Source: Ranitomeya imitator
Lineage: Eukaryota
Direction of reading: 5' to 3'
NCBI RefSeq assembly: GCF_032444005.1
Contig: NC_091290.1
Coordinates: forward strand, 133,796,001-133,860,000
Length of the DNA stretch: 64,000 bases
Shown in pieces: positions 50,401-62,263 of the stretch. The notes beneath the pieces were generated by a model, which saw only the letters and a program-made list of their open reading frames with translations, did no database searches and was not told the DNA's origin. Each line of letters begins with the position of its first letter. Within the stretch, counting starts at the first letter, position 1. Both the position numbers and the translations under genes were made by a program.

Positions 50401-53400
50401 GGGGTATTGAGTGCAGCCTGCAGTCCTTCTGGAAAGGACAGGTGGGCGGGGCTTCTGGAATAGAGCCCTGTCAGTCATTGGCTTTCCTCCAATCAAGGCT
50501 CACGTGGCTCTTCCCTCTGAAGTTCTGCAAACATGTCCTTTTCAGAAGGACTCTAACCTTTCAGGAATTTTTTTACAAGTGACAACTGTATATTAATAGT
50601 GATATAAGTAGTCCCCCTCCCCCCCCAAAAAAAAAAGGGGTGCCCCAGAGTATGTATTACACAGCCTTTATTGGAAAAAAATGGGACAGTCACTCTTTCC
50701 AGTAACTTTTTTCGGGGGGGGGGGTGCACTGAATGGACCCCCTAAGTAACATCAGTTTCTGTTGGTTCAGATGGAGAACAATGGAGTTTGCTTTATTTTT
50801 CTCGTTGCCAAATTTGGTGGAAAAGTCCCAAAAGTAGGACCGCTCGGTACGAGTGGCTTTAACATGTCTGATACAAAAAAAAACTGTTGTCAAACTACAA
50901 CCTCCAGCATTTAGCGGTCAGGACATGCTGTGATTTGTAGTTCCACAACAGCTGTAGAGCCACTGATAAACAATGCCACTGCCTCCCTCCTCTCTCAGCT
51001 GTGGACCTCATTCTCCTCCTCATTCTGGAGTCAGGTTATGCTGGGATTTGTAGTTTCACAACAGAATGGAACTGATAAGCAAACAATGACCCGGGTGACC
51101 CACCTTTACCAATATCCAGCCTTTAAGGAGTTTTGGAAAGCTGAGTGGTTCCTTAAATGGGGGTCCATCACCCAACTTTCCGTGTAACTGATATTTAGGA
51201 GGGATGGCTGTGGAATACAGCGACTTATTTTGGCTGCACCTGACAGCTCTGTCCTTAGGGGCTGCTGGTATTGGAGCGAGACCCTTCTGTGCCCCCCTTT
51301 CCCCTCTTCTGCGCCTCTCCATTTATAACACCCTGCGATCCCTCTCTCCCTTATATGGAGACTCTCCCTAATCCTCCCCTATTCTGCAGCAAGCCATATA
51401 ATCTGCAGCGAGATATCGGCTTCAGACCAGATTAACCCCTGACGTCCCCGAGGAGCGAGGGTGGGGGGGTAAGATGTCTGGCAGCCACCTTCAGTCTGGC
51501 GTCATTATTTCTTGCCATATTTATTCTGGGGACCCCATTTAAGGGAATATTCTAAAGTTTTTCTTAAGCCTTTTTTTTTTTTTTTTTCTCCCCCATTACT
51601 CGCATCTTATGCAACTTCCAGGAATAGATTTAACGAAAATTTCATTGTGAAATCCATAACATCAGCAGTAAAAAATATGAAATTCTTGACTCATTAAGAT
51701 GCTAAAAATATTCCAAGAAGTATAAGAAAGTTGAGTGAGCTCAAACCCAACTGTAACCAGGGTTGTCACCCAGCTTTTCCAGGATCCTGAATGGCAATGT
51801 AATTGCTGTATGCATGCGCCGTATTAACTCTTTAATTCTCCAATCTTCTCTTCTCCGCAGTGCGCTTCCTGCAGGACGTGTCCCCCTACATTCGGAAGGC
51901 GTCCCTGGTGGGTGATCTTCCCTGGGACAGTTGTGACCTCCGCAGTCCGGCGCACAGCGATGCATCTGGATCCCCCAAACATGACCCCAGGGACTGCAAG
52001 GTCATTCCCTTAAAAATGTGTTACGCTGCGAGAAATCTGAGCATGTACGACCCCGAGGGACGGTCAGTGACAATGTGTGCGTGGCTCCAGTGTTCCTGTT
52101 TGTCTCCGTAGGAGGTACATGTAGCGGTGTGCCTCGCGCCTCTGCTCCGTGCCTCTTATGTCTCCATCTCTTCCAGGCTGGTAGAGCTGCGCTCGCCGGA
52201 TGGATGCCACTCTCTGGTGCTCCGCTGCAGGGACTCGGCCTCCGCTCTGTCCTGGTCACAGGCTTTGCACAATAACATCACGGCTCTGCTGCCGCAGGTC
52301 CTGGCGGAGACCCAGTGCATGCTGGGAGCTGCGACCGATGACCTCAGATACTTAGGCTGGGTGGCTGAGCAGGTACGTATACGGTCCGATATCTACTCAA
52401 TACATGATCGCTGAGGAACTGACGGCCGAGACCCCCTCCAATAGTGGTCCATGCTGACCACTGCTTCATTCACTTCTATGGGAAAGATAGCGACCATCGC
52501 TCCCATACACAGTGAGTGGCACAATGGTCATGCATATGTGCTCCCTCTTTATTCACATGGTGGACTTTGGGGTCCCTGTACTCGGGACTGATAGGGATCC
52601 CAGCAATCATATGTTTATCATATATTCTGTAGATATATTATTAATGGAACAACCCCTTAAAATGCTGTTGATGAATTCTGCATATTTCCAGTCAGTGTTA
52701 AATTTCACCATTATGAAGAACTCTGCCTGCTGTCAGTAAATGGGGACGATTTACAGATCTAGCACTTCTCACAACTGAGACGCCCTCACATATACCCCTA
52801 TATACAGTGTGAGCCCCACATAGCCTTCTATATAAAGTATGAGCCGCTACATAGCCCAATATATTAAGTATGAACCCTCATATAGCCTCCTATATAGTGT
52901 AAGCCCCCCACATAGCCTCCTATATACAGTATGAGCTGCTAAGTAGCCTTATATATTCAGTATGAACCCCACATAGCCTCCTATATACAGTAAGTCCCCA
53001 CATAGCCTCTTATATAGTGTAAGCCCCCCACATAGCCCCCTATATACAGTAAGTCCCCACAAAGCCTCTTATATAGTGTAAGCCCCCCACATAGCCTCCT
53101 ATATACAGTATGAGCTGCTACATAGCCCAATATATTCAGTATGAACCCTTATATAGCATCCTATATATAGTGTAAGCCCCCACATAGCCTCCTATATAGT
53201 GTAAGCCCCCCACATAGCCTCCTATATACAGTATGAGCTGCATAGCCCAATATATTCAGTATAAACCTCCACATAGCCTCCTATATACAGTATGAGCTGC
53301 TATGTAGCCTAATATATTCAGTATGAGCCCCCACATAGCCTCCTACCTACAGTGTAAGCCCCCACATAGCCTCCTATATACAGTAAGAGCATCTACATAG

Positions 53401-56092
53401 CCAAATATATTCAGTATAAACCCCCACATAGCCTCCTATATACAGTGTAAGCCCCCACATAGCCTCCTATATACAGTATGAGCTGCTACGTAGCCTAATA
53501 TATTCAGTATGAACCCCCACATAGCCTCCAATATACAGTGTAAGCCCCCACATAGCCTCCTATATACAGTATGAGCTGCTACGTAGCCCAATATATTCAG
53601 TATAAATCCCCACATAGCCTCCTATATACAGTGTAAGCCCCCCACATAGCCTCCTATATACAGTATGAGCTACTATGTAGCCCAATATATTCAGTATAAA
53701 CCCCCACATAGCCTCCTATATACAGTGTAAGCCCCCCACATAGCCTCCTATATACAGTATGAGCTACTATGTAGCCCAATATATTCAGTATGAACCCCCA
53801 CATAGCCTCCTATATACAGTGTAAGCCCCCACATAGCCTCCTATATACAGTATGAGCTGCTACGTAGCCCAATATATTCAGTATAAATCCCCACATAGCC
53901 TCCTATATACAGTGTAAGCCCCCCACATAGCCTCCTATATACAGTATGAGCTACTATGTAGCCCAATATATTCAGTATAAACCCCCACATAGCCTCCTAT
54001 ATACAGTGTAAGCCCCCCACATAGCCTCCTATATACAGTATGAGCTACTACGTAGCCCAATATATTCAGTATAACCCCCCACATAGCCTATATACTTGTC
54101 AGCCCCCACATAGCTTCCTATATACTTGTGAGCCCCCACATAACCTCCTATATACTTGTCAGCCCCCACATAGCCTTCTATATACGGTACGAGCTGCTAC
54201 ATAACCCAATATATTCAGTATGAACCCCGACATAGCCTCCTATACACAGTGTTAGCCCCCACATAGCCTCCTATATACGGTTTGAGCCCCCACATGGCCT
54301 CCTATATACAGTATGAGCAAGCACATGGCCTCCTAGATACATTGTGAGCCCTCACATAACTTCCATTATACAGTATGAGCCCCCACATAGCATATTATAT
54401 ACAGTATGAGCGAAGCACATGGCCTCCTATATATAGTATGAGCCCCAATATATAGTATGATCCCTCACAGCCCCCTAAATACAGTATGAGCTCTCACATA
54501 ACCTCCTGTATACATGCAAACATCCCATACACGTATTAAAAAAAAAAAAAAACCCTACTTGCCTCGCTCCTGTTTCCCCAGCGCTCTGCTCCAGTGCGCT
54601 AACTCGTCGCACAGTAGACGCAATGTAATGACCTGATCACATCTGCTGTCTCAGTTACGCACACCGATTGGGGGAAGAAGGAGCCGGCGGCTCTCTCCTC
54701 CACCAATGTATTCACCGCTGTCTGCATCCTGAGGATGGGGGTAATATCGGGACGCGGGTGGTAAGCGAGGACATGATGCAGCCCGTGGGCCACTGTATTC
54801 AGCCCTTTGGCTGTCTCAATCTGCAGACTGGACTGGACCAGCCAGAGGACCGGATGTGACCCACGGGCCTCACTTTGCCCAGGTCTGGTCTAAGCTGCAT
54901 GTACTAATGCAAACTCCTGGCTGTGATAAGTATTGTAGGATTGTAGCTTGTGACTAAAGTGGCTGATAACAGAGACTCGTGTACTGACCTTCATTATTTT
55001 CCACCTCAGATCTCTCAGGATGATGGACGGGCTTTATGGCATGCTATGCTTGCCGTTGTTTCGCAGAAGGATTTTCTTCTCTTTGAGGCAATGCCCAAGA
55101 CTCGGGAAGAGTGGGTGCACCCCAAGCAGAAGCTGCCGCTTATCTCCACAAGGTAATAGTCCTGAAAATTGAGCTTTGGAAAGCATTGAATTCCTTATCT
55201 TAATTTGTTACGGCATGTTTGATACTTCAGAGCTGCATTCACAATTCTTCTGGTTTTTGGCATTGGAAACCATTGACATCACTGTAAAGTGCTATGTGCT
55301 CCCACTGAATAGGATAGGAATGCTGGGAGATTTCTGCTCTGAACCCTGCAGAACTGTTAACGCATCTCTAATAGAGGTTGAGATTCTGCACAAGATTAGT
55401 AATGTATGTATTAATAAAGTTGCAGAACTTTTTTACGTAGCTTAAACTTGAATAGAAGTGGTTTTTAAAGGTAGACATGCCCTTTAACTGAAATGTACAT
55501 ATTTATGTAGGCTAAATTACCGTTAATCGCAATCGGACCACCAACAATAACGAGAACTGGGCTCCTCATCTTGAATGCAACAGAGGAGCACATTCAGGAC
55601 ATCTGCTCTATTCATTGTCTATCGGACTGCTGGAAATAGCCGAGCGCTGTACTTGGTTTTCTCCAGGAGTCCCATAGACAATGAATGGAGCAGCGCATTG
55701 CAGACAGGTGTATACACAGTCATCATATACATATTCACTACAATTACAATATCTCACAACGTGGCACTTACGCCTTACGTAGGACCATCCAGGACTGTCC
55801 CCAAACTTACTAGCAACAGCCTTTTATGGGTCGTATTTGTTTAAACCATGTGTGGTGCACAGGATTGTCCTGGCAGAATTGGGGCTGTTGGCAGAATATA
55901 CCTTTTTTTTTTTCTTTTTTTTCCCTCTAGAAGGCATTGTTCAGTCTCTACCTATGTTTTATTTTTGCCCACGATTGGAGCGTATAAGGACGGGAACTGT
56001 CATGTTCTTGGGTGACCGATGCAATTAACATAAAGGGGTTGTCCACTACTAGAAAATCCCTTTTAATTGTCATAGGCAGGTGGAAGATATTT

Positions 56093-56140
<48 letters not shown>

Positions 56141-56319
56141 GTAAAAATTGGAACAGCATCACGTATTACCGCAGTTGTCGTGCAGCGCTTTCCCAATGTT
56201 CAAATGGCTTCCAATAATAGAGATAAAAAAAGGAAAACAGCACAAAAATTAAAGAAAAACGGGCTTTTAATGCCTGAACGGCGTGGCAACGTTTCGGATA
56301 TGGTATCCTTTCTCAAGCT

Positions 56320-56395
<76 letters not shown>

Positions 56396-59300
56396 TATAC
56401 TAGCTGAAGAGCCCGGCGTTGCCTGGGCATAGTAAATATCTGTGGTTAGTTATAGCACCTCACTTCTCTTATTTTCCCATCACGCCTCTCATTTTCCCCC
56501 TCACTCCTCTTATTTTCCCCCTCACTCCTCTTATTTTCCCCCTCACTCCTCTCATTCCCCCCAACACTTGTCATTTCGACCTCACATCTATCATTTTCCG
56601 ATCACTCCACTATTTTCCCTCACTCCTCTCATTTTGCACTCACACCTTTTCATTTTCACCTCACACCTCTCATTTTCCCCTCAGTATATACATGTTTGTC
56701 ATCTCCCCTGTATATAGTATATACCTGTATGTCATCTCCCCTGTATATAGTATATACCTGTGTCATCTCCCCTGTATATAGTATATACCTGTATGTCATC
56801 TCCCCTGTATATAGTATATACCTGTATGTCATCTCCCCTGTATATAGTATATACCTGTGTGTAATCTCCTCCTGTATATAGTATATACCTGTGTCATCTC
56901 CCCTGTATATAGGATATACCTGTGTCATCTCCTCCTGTATATAGTATATACCTGTGTCATCTCCCCTGTATATAGTATATACCTGTATGTCCCCTCCTCC
57001 TGTATATAGTGTATATACCTGTGTGTCATCTCCTCCTGTATATAGTATATACCTGTGTGTCATCTCCTCCTGTATATAGTATATACCTGTGTGTCATCTC
57101 CTCCTGTATATAGTATATACCTGTGTCATCTCCCCTGTATATAGTATATACCTGTGTGTCATCTCCCTTGTATATAGTATATATCTGTATGTCATCTCCT
57201 CCTGTATTGGACCTCGTTCACACGTTGTTTAGTCAGTATTTTTACCTCAGTGTGGCGAGTTTTCCATGAGGTGAGTTTTGCACTTGTGGCGAGTTTTGCA
57301 TGTGGCGAATTTTGCGCGTGGCGAGTTTTGAGCGGTGACTTTTGTGTTTCGACTTTTATGTGGCGAGGTTGGTGTATGTGTGGTGAAATGTGTGCTGAGG
57401 GTAATATGTGTTCAAGCACGTGGTAGTGTGTGGCGCGTTTTCTGTGTGTGTTCATATCCCCGTGTGCGGTGAGTATCCCATGTTGGGGCCCACCTTAGCA
57501 ACTGTACGGTATATACTCTTTGGCGCCATCGCTCTCACTCTTTAAGTCCCCCTTGTTCACATCTGGCAGCTGTCAATTTGCCTCCAACACTTTTTCCTTT
57601 CACTTTTTCACCATTATGTAGATAGGGGCAAAATTGTTTGGTGAATTGGAACGCGCGGGGTTAAAATTTCGCCTCACAACATGGCCTATAATATGCAAAT
57701 TGCCTCTTCTGAGAAAAAGAGGACTTAGGCTCTACAAGGCCAATGACATGGCCTATGATGCTCTCGGGGTCCAGACGTGTGACTGTGCAAAATTTTGTGC
57801 AAAACAGCCACGACCAATCAGCGACGGGCACAGTCTGGAAGAAAATGGCCGCTCCTTCCTCCCCACAGTCAGTGCTCGGCGCCCGCATACTCCCCTCCAG
57901 TCACCGCTTACACAGGGTTAATGCCGGCAGTAACGGACCGCATTATGCCGCGGGTAACGTTACCGCTGAGATTAACCCTGTGTGTCCCCAAATTTTTACT
58001 ATTGATGCTGCCTATGCGGCATTAATAGTAAAAAAAAATGTAATGTTAAAAATAATAAAAAAACTAAAAACCTGCTATTATCACCCTCTGTAGTCCGCCG
58101 AGCCGCACGCGCCTGCCGCCATCTTCCGTTCCCGGCGATGCATTGCGAAATTACTTAGAAGACTTAGCGGTCTCGCGAGACCAAGTCATCTGGGTAATTT
58201 CGCAATGCATCCTGGGAACCACGCGGGGGGACCACGCGGGGGGACCTAGTGAATGAACTGCAGAGAGCTGGGACCAATGTAACAAGGCCTACCATAAGTA
58301 ACACACTACGCCACCATGGACTCAGATCCTGCAGTGCCAGACGTGTCCCACTGCTTAAGCCAGTACATGTCCGGGCCCGTCTGAAGTTTGCTAGAGAGCA
58401 TTTGGATGATCCAGAAGAGTTTTGGGAGAATGTCCTATGGTCTGATGAAACCAAACTGGAACTGTTTGGTACAAACACAACTTGTCGTGTTTGGAGGAAA
58501 AAGAATACTGAGTTGCATCCATCAAACACCATACCTACTGTAAAGCATGGTGGTGGAAACATCATGCTTTGGGGCTGTTTCTCTGCAAAGGGGCCAGGAC
58601 GACTGATCCGGGTACATGAAAGAATGAATGGGGCCATGTATCGTGAGATTTTGAGTGCAAACCTCCTTCCATCAGCAAGGGCATTGAAGATGAAACGTGG
58701 CTGGGTCTTTCAACATGACAATGATCCAAAGCACACCGCCAGGGCAACGAAGGAGTGGCTTCGTAAGAAGCATTTCAAGGTCCTGGAGTGGCCTAGCCAG
58801 TCTCCAGATCTCAACCCTATAGAAAACCTTTGGAGGGAGTTGAAAGTCCGTGTTGCCCAGCGAAAAGCCAAAAACATCACTGCTCTAGAGGAGATCTGCA
58901 TGGAGGAATGGGCCAACATACCAACAACAGTGTGTGCCAACCTTGTGAAGACTTACAGAAAACGTTTGACCTCTGTCATTGCCAACAAAGGATATATTAC
59001 AAAGTATTGAGATGAAATTTTGTTTCTGACCAAATACTTATTTTCCACCATAATATGCAAATAAAATGTTAAAAAAACAGACAATGTGATTTTCTGGATT
59101 TTTTTTTCTCAGTTTGTCTCCCATAGTTGAGGTCTACCTATGATGTAAATTACAGACGCCTCTCATCTTTTTAAGTGGTGGAACTTGCACTATTGCTGAC
59201 TGACTAAATACTTTTTTGCCCCACTGTACATACATAAATATTTTAGAATACCCGACGCTATATATATAATATACACTCTTCTCCTGTACCGGCTCTGCTA

Positions 59301-62263
59301 GTCCGTCTGCTGGGTCCAATATCCAGCATGTGAGTAAGGCCGGGATCACACTGGCGACTTAAATGGACGAGTGCAATGCGATTAAAAACCGCATTTGCAC
59401 TCGGACCAATGTTACACTATGGGGCAGCTCCCAGCAGCCGATTGTTTTTTTTTTTGTCGGCCGTTTTCCTCGGTCCGAGACAATCGCAGCATGCTGCGAT
59501 TGTCACGGACACTCGGCCGACTCTCGGCTCATTCGCACCCATATAAGCCTATGGGTGCGAGTGAGACAGCGCACACCACTCGGATATCATCCGAGTGCTG
59601 TGCGTTAAACGCGGACCCCGGCAATGGAGGAGATGGAGAAATTAGTTTCTCCGCCTCCTCCGCAGCTGTGCTCCGATCCGCACTGTGCGAGAGGCTCGGA
59701 GCACAGACGCCTGACACTCTGCTCGCAGGAGAGCAGGAGCCGAGTGTCATTAGCATATCGCATCCGATGCCATAAGCTAGTGTGACGCCGGCCTAATGCA
59801 GACACTCAGCGGGCAGGTGACTTTACATTTTTTTTTCTACTATCCGTAGCCTAATAAGGGTTTTCCAGTAGTGGACAACCCCTTTGATATGAAATCTTCA
59901 ATCCTTTTTTAGAGGTGAGATTTCTGCAGCAAGATCTGTGCGATTTTGACACGGATTTTCCCACAAACTGGAATCTGTTGTTTTTGGCAATATCTGTAAT
60001 TTTGTTAGAAATAGCGCCACTTTTTGTTTGAAGGCAGTGTCTGGTATTACAGTTCAAGGCGGGCAGTATTTCCAAACACAACCAGTAGACCAGAATGGCG
60101 CTACGGTCGGATCTTTCACTACCTTGAATGTTGTATAGTTGTGCTATTGTGTTGGTCATGTATAATTTTGTCTTTTTTCAGGTTGGTGCACTCGGGACCC
60201 GGGCAAAACTCGCCCTCTCTAGGGCCACATCTAACATTCGCCACTCGTACAGGGCATCCTCAGGGAATCGATATGCGCATTTTCCGCGTGGAGAACCAGC
60301 GGGATCTTTCCGCCTGGACGAGAGCGTTGGTGCAGGGGTGTCACGCGTCAGCTGAACTCACGAGAGAGGTCACAATTAGTAAGTCTTTTTTTTTTTTTTG
60401 CAGAATGTAGAGTCTGTTCCACATAACTGTGCTTGCTGTCAATAAATGAGAAAATTCATGTTAACGTGCACAGGGTGACTTGGGGTCAAGAGTTTTCCAG
60501 GTCTCTACAATAGGTGCAGTTGTAGCAAACTCTCAGCTGTGAGAAGTATCAGCTAATGGGGAGGATCTTTTCTGTTTCTTGTATGTATCCTAGTAGACCC
60601 CTTAAATTTAGGCCAGCCTGAATTATAAATACTCGCTGCTAATGAATATTCCAGTGCACATACTTCTATTTTATGGCAAGATTCCTTAGCCCTGCAAAGG
60701 ATTTAGCAATACTGTCCGAGTTCCCAGCATTCTGTCATCATCCCATATTTAACATAGGGAGGATTTGGCTAGGAAACTATTTCCATGAGAGAAATTGTGG
60801 GTCCCCTTGAAGACATATGGAGCGTGTTATTGGCCTTCTTATCCTTTTACCCTCTTGTATAATATATATAATTCACAGACGGATAAAACAATCTCCAATA
60901 TTCTATGTACAGATACTCCTGATGTCCTAATGTATCACATAACACATTGCTATGCTCCCTGTCACCAGGCTGCTCTCTACGCGGGGAATCAGTGTCTCTC
61001 TCCATCCATTATGACACCGGATTCACATTGTGCCGGGGAGGACCTTCCGGCCCCCTCATGTACAGATACCCGTTCGAGAAGCTTCGTATGTCAGCAGATG
61101 ATGGGACCAAAAATCTTTATCTGGACTTTGGCGGACCAGAAGGAGAACTGGTAAGAGATGAGTGTATTAATATAATAAATATTTAGTATATAACATACTG
61201 ATAGAGCATCTGTACCTGACCCCCATAGACAAATGCATATGTAGCCCTGCTGCACATGGTGCCTCTGGCTCCCAGTCTCTGCCCCCTGATTGCTCTGGCT
61301 GCTAATCCCCAGTCTGTACCCCGATTGCGCTGGCTGCTGGTCCCCATTCCCTGCCCCCTGATTACGCTGGCTGCTGACCCTCAGTCTCTGCCCCTGATTG
61401 CGCTGGCTGCTGACCCTCAGTCTCTGCCCCTGATTGCGCTGGCTGCTGACCCTCAGTCTCTGCCCCTGATTGCGCTGGCTGCTGACCCCCAGTCTCTGCC
61501 CCCTGATTGTTCTGGCTGTTGACTCCCAGTATCTGCCCCCTGATTACGCTGGCTGCTGACCCCCAGTCTCTGCCCCCTGATTGCGCTGGCTGCTGACCCT
61601 CAGTCTCTGCCCCCTGATTACGCTGGCTGCTGACCCCCAGTCTCTGCCCCCTGATTGCGCTGGCTACTGACCCTCAGTCTCTGCCCCCTGATTACGCTGG
61701 CTGCTGACCCTCAGTCTCTGCCCCCTGATTGCGCTGGCTGCTGACCCCCAGTCTCTGCCCCCTGATTGCGCTGGCTGCTGACCCTCAGTCTCTGCCCCTG
61801 ATTGCGCTGGCTGCTGACCCTCAGTCTCTGTCCCTGATTGCGCTGGCTGCTGACCCTCAGTCTCTGCCCCCTGATTGCGCTGGCTACTGACCCCCAGTCT
61901 CTGCCCCCTGATTGCGCTGGCTGCTGACCCCCAGTCTCTGCCCCCTGATTGCGCTGGCTGCTGACCCCTAGTATCTGTCCCCTGATTGTTCTGGCTGCTG
62001 ACCCCTAGTATCTGCCCCCTGATTGCGCTGGCTGCTGACCCTCCAGGCTCTGCCCCCACATCGTGACCACCGATATGACTTCTTCCGGCCATACTGAACT
62101 CTAGAATAATATAGTATTTGCATAATTTCTTCTATAACAATCAGTGTTTTTTTTCCCCCCAACTTTTTAGGCTCTGGATTTGCACACGTGTCCGAAGCCT
62201 GTTGTTTTCCTGTTACACACATTCCTTTCCGCTAAGGTCACCCGGATGGGTCTTCTGGCGTGA
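27377..62263 (+). CDS. SNTB2: Beta-2-syntrophin (split PH, PDZ, PH2, SU domains), 500 aa; join(27377..27866,51861..52062,52177..52372,55010..55152,60182..60378,60969..61150,62171..62263)
   Basis: [17 protein letters not shown]; [38 protein letters not shown]; [20 protein letters not shown]; C-terminus [15 protein letters not shown]. Total 1503 nt, phases consistent, strong Kozak GCGACCATGG, syntenic after UTP4. Confidence 0.95.
28544..29485. repeat. (TATC)n / GATA microsatellite interrupted by N gaps
   Basis: Seen at 28544-28674 and 29396-29485. Confidence 0.9.
29486..32057 (-). mobile_element. Non-LTR retrotransposon (RTE-X-like LINE), young; RT ORF open from the N gap to the stop at 29859
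   Basis: The 712-aa ORF carries RT motifs ([40 protein letters not shown]) and a C-terminal RLCQHC...[10 protein letters not shown] zinc knuckle. The frame stays open upstream ([20 protein letters not shown]) to the gap. On the minus strand, AATAAA at 29520-29515 is followed by a (GAATCTT)x3 tail. The clade call comes from recalled motif style and needs a phylogeny. Confidence 0.9.
29611..29860. repeat. 5 x 50-bp G-rich tandem repeat forming the LINE 3' UTR
   Basis: Units start at 29611, 29661, 29711, 29761 and 29811. Confidence 0.9.
32666..46078. repeat. 13.4-kb satellite array of 86-bp units with 79/81/84-bp variants (roughly 155-165 copies) in SNTB2 intron 1
   Basis: Unit TATTATACTCCAGAGCTGCACTCACTATTCTGCTGGTGCAGTCACTGTGTACATACATTACATTACTGATCCTGAGTTACATCCTG. 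Spurious ORF starts recur at 86-bp spacing. Confidence 0.98.
47768..48262. repeat. 38-bp minisatellite, about 13 copies (GGGCTGATCTTATGTAGCAAACCTTCAGGATGTGACTT)
   Basis: CAAACCTTCA occurs at 47781 and 47819 and continues with this period. Confidence 0.92.
50009..50320. mobile_element. PIF/Harbinger-type palindromic MITE, TAA TSD
   Basis: TIRs GGCTACGTTCACATTAGCGTTGTGCGGGGCAGC and its reverse complement; TAA at 50006-50008 and 50321-50323. Confidence 0.85.
51861..52062 (+). CDS. SNTB2: SNTB2 exon 2
   Basis: (V)[21 protein letters not shown]...[16 protein letters not shown]; acceptor CCGCAG, donor GTCAGT. Confidence 0.93.
52177..52372 (+). CDS. SNTB2: SNTB2 exon 3
   Basis: LVELRSPD...ALLPQVLAE...LGWVAEQ; acceptor TTCCAG, donor GTACGT. 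Confidence 0.93.
52785..54520. repeat. About 30-bp minisatellite (CCCCACATAGCCTCCTATATACAGTATGAG family) with an about 90-bp trimeric higher-order unit
   Basis: Three alternating variants (..GTAAGCCCC, ..GAGCTGCTAC, ..TATATTCAGTAT) repeat in order through about 53250-54070. Confidence 0.9.
54530..54887 (-). mobile_element. Probable hAT-family non-autonomous element terminus
   Basis: The minus strand begins CAGACCTGGGCAAAGTGAGGCCCGTGGG, resembling hAT/Charlie-type ends. No opposite TIR was found. Confidence 0.4.
55010..55152 (+). CDS. SNTB2: SNTB2 exon 4
   Basis: [35 protein letters not shown]...PLISTR; acceptor CCTCAG, donor GTAATA. Confidence 0.9.
56094..56138. repeat. (TA)n microsatellite
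   Basis: Seen directly. Confidence 0.9.
56320..56394. repeat. (TATC)n microsatellite
   Basis: Seen directly. Confidence 0.92.
56400..57800 (-). mobile_element. Non-autonomous Helitron-like element, 3' end intact and 5' end not seen, carrying internal minisatellites
   Basis: The minus strand ends GCCCAGGCAACGCCGGGC-TCTTCAG-CTAG|T: a GC-rich hairpin 7 nt before a CTAG terminus followed by T, the canonical Helitron 3' signature. The 57800 boundary is approximate. Confidence 0.6.
56690..57205. repeat. About 33-bp minisatellite (TCATCTCCCCTGTATATAGTATATACCTGTATG), about 15 copies
   Basis: Direct tandem repetition with 31-35-bp variants. Confidence 0.92.
58218..59226 (+). mobile_element. 5'-truncated Tc1-like transposon with an intact DD34E catalytic-domain ORF (58249-59010) and a complete right TIR
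   Basis: The 253-aa stop-free frame carries [38 protein letters not shown] and ends KGYITKY*. The right end is ...CCCCACTG+TA (59227-59228). Confidence 0.93.
59338..59793. mobile_element. PIF/Harbinger-type MITE, TAA TSD
   Basis: GGCCGGGATCACACT ... AGTGTGACGCCGGCC termini (2 mismatches); TAA at 59335-59337 and 59794-59796. Confidence 0.75.
60182..60378 (+). CDS. SNTB2: SNTB2 exon 5
   Basis: LVHSGPG...LTFATRTG...[21 protein letters not shown]; acceptor TTTCAG, donor GTAAGT. Confidence 0.93.
60969..61150 (+). CDS. SNTB2: SNTB2 exon 6
   Basis: IHYDTGF...[15 protein letters not shown]...GGPEGEL; acceptor CACCAG, donor GTAAGA. Confidence 0.93.
61262..62056. repeat. 36-37-bp minisatellite (CAGTCTCTGCCCCCTGATTGCGCTGGCTGCTGACCCC), about 21 copies, in the last SNTB2 intron
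   Basis: CAGTCTCTGC occurs at 61564 and 61601 and continues with this period. Confidence 0.93.
62171..62263 (+). CDS. SNTB2: SNTB2 exon 7 (last)
   Basis: [33 protein letters not shown]; acceptor TTTTAG. Confidence 0.94.
   Translation, partial: ALDLHTCPKPVVFLLHTFLSAKVTRMGLLA

Noticed and set aside
56031-59887. Inverted AAAGGGGTTGTCCACTACT sequences at 56033 and 59867 as TIRs of one 3.8-kb composite element
   Set aside because: Each is itself a self-contained hairpin mini-element of about 35 bp, and no shared TSD flanks the pair.
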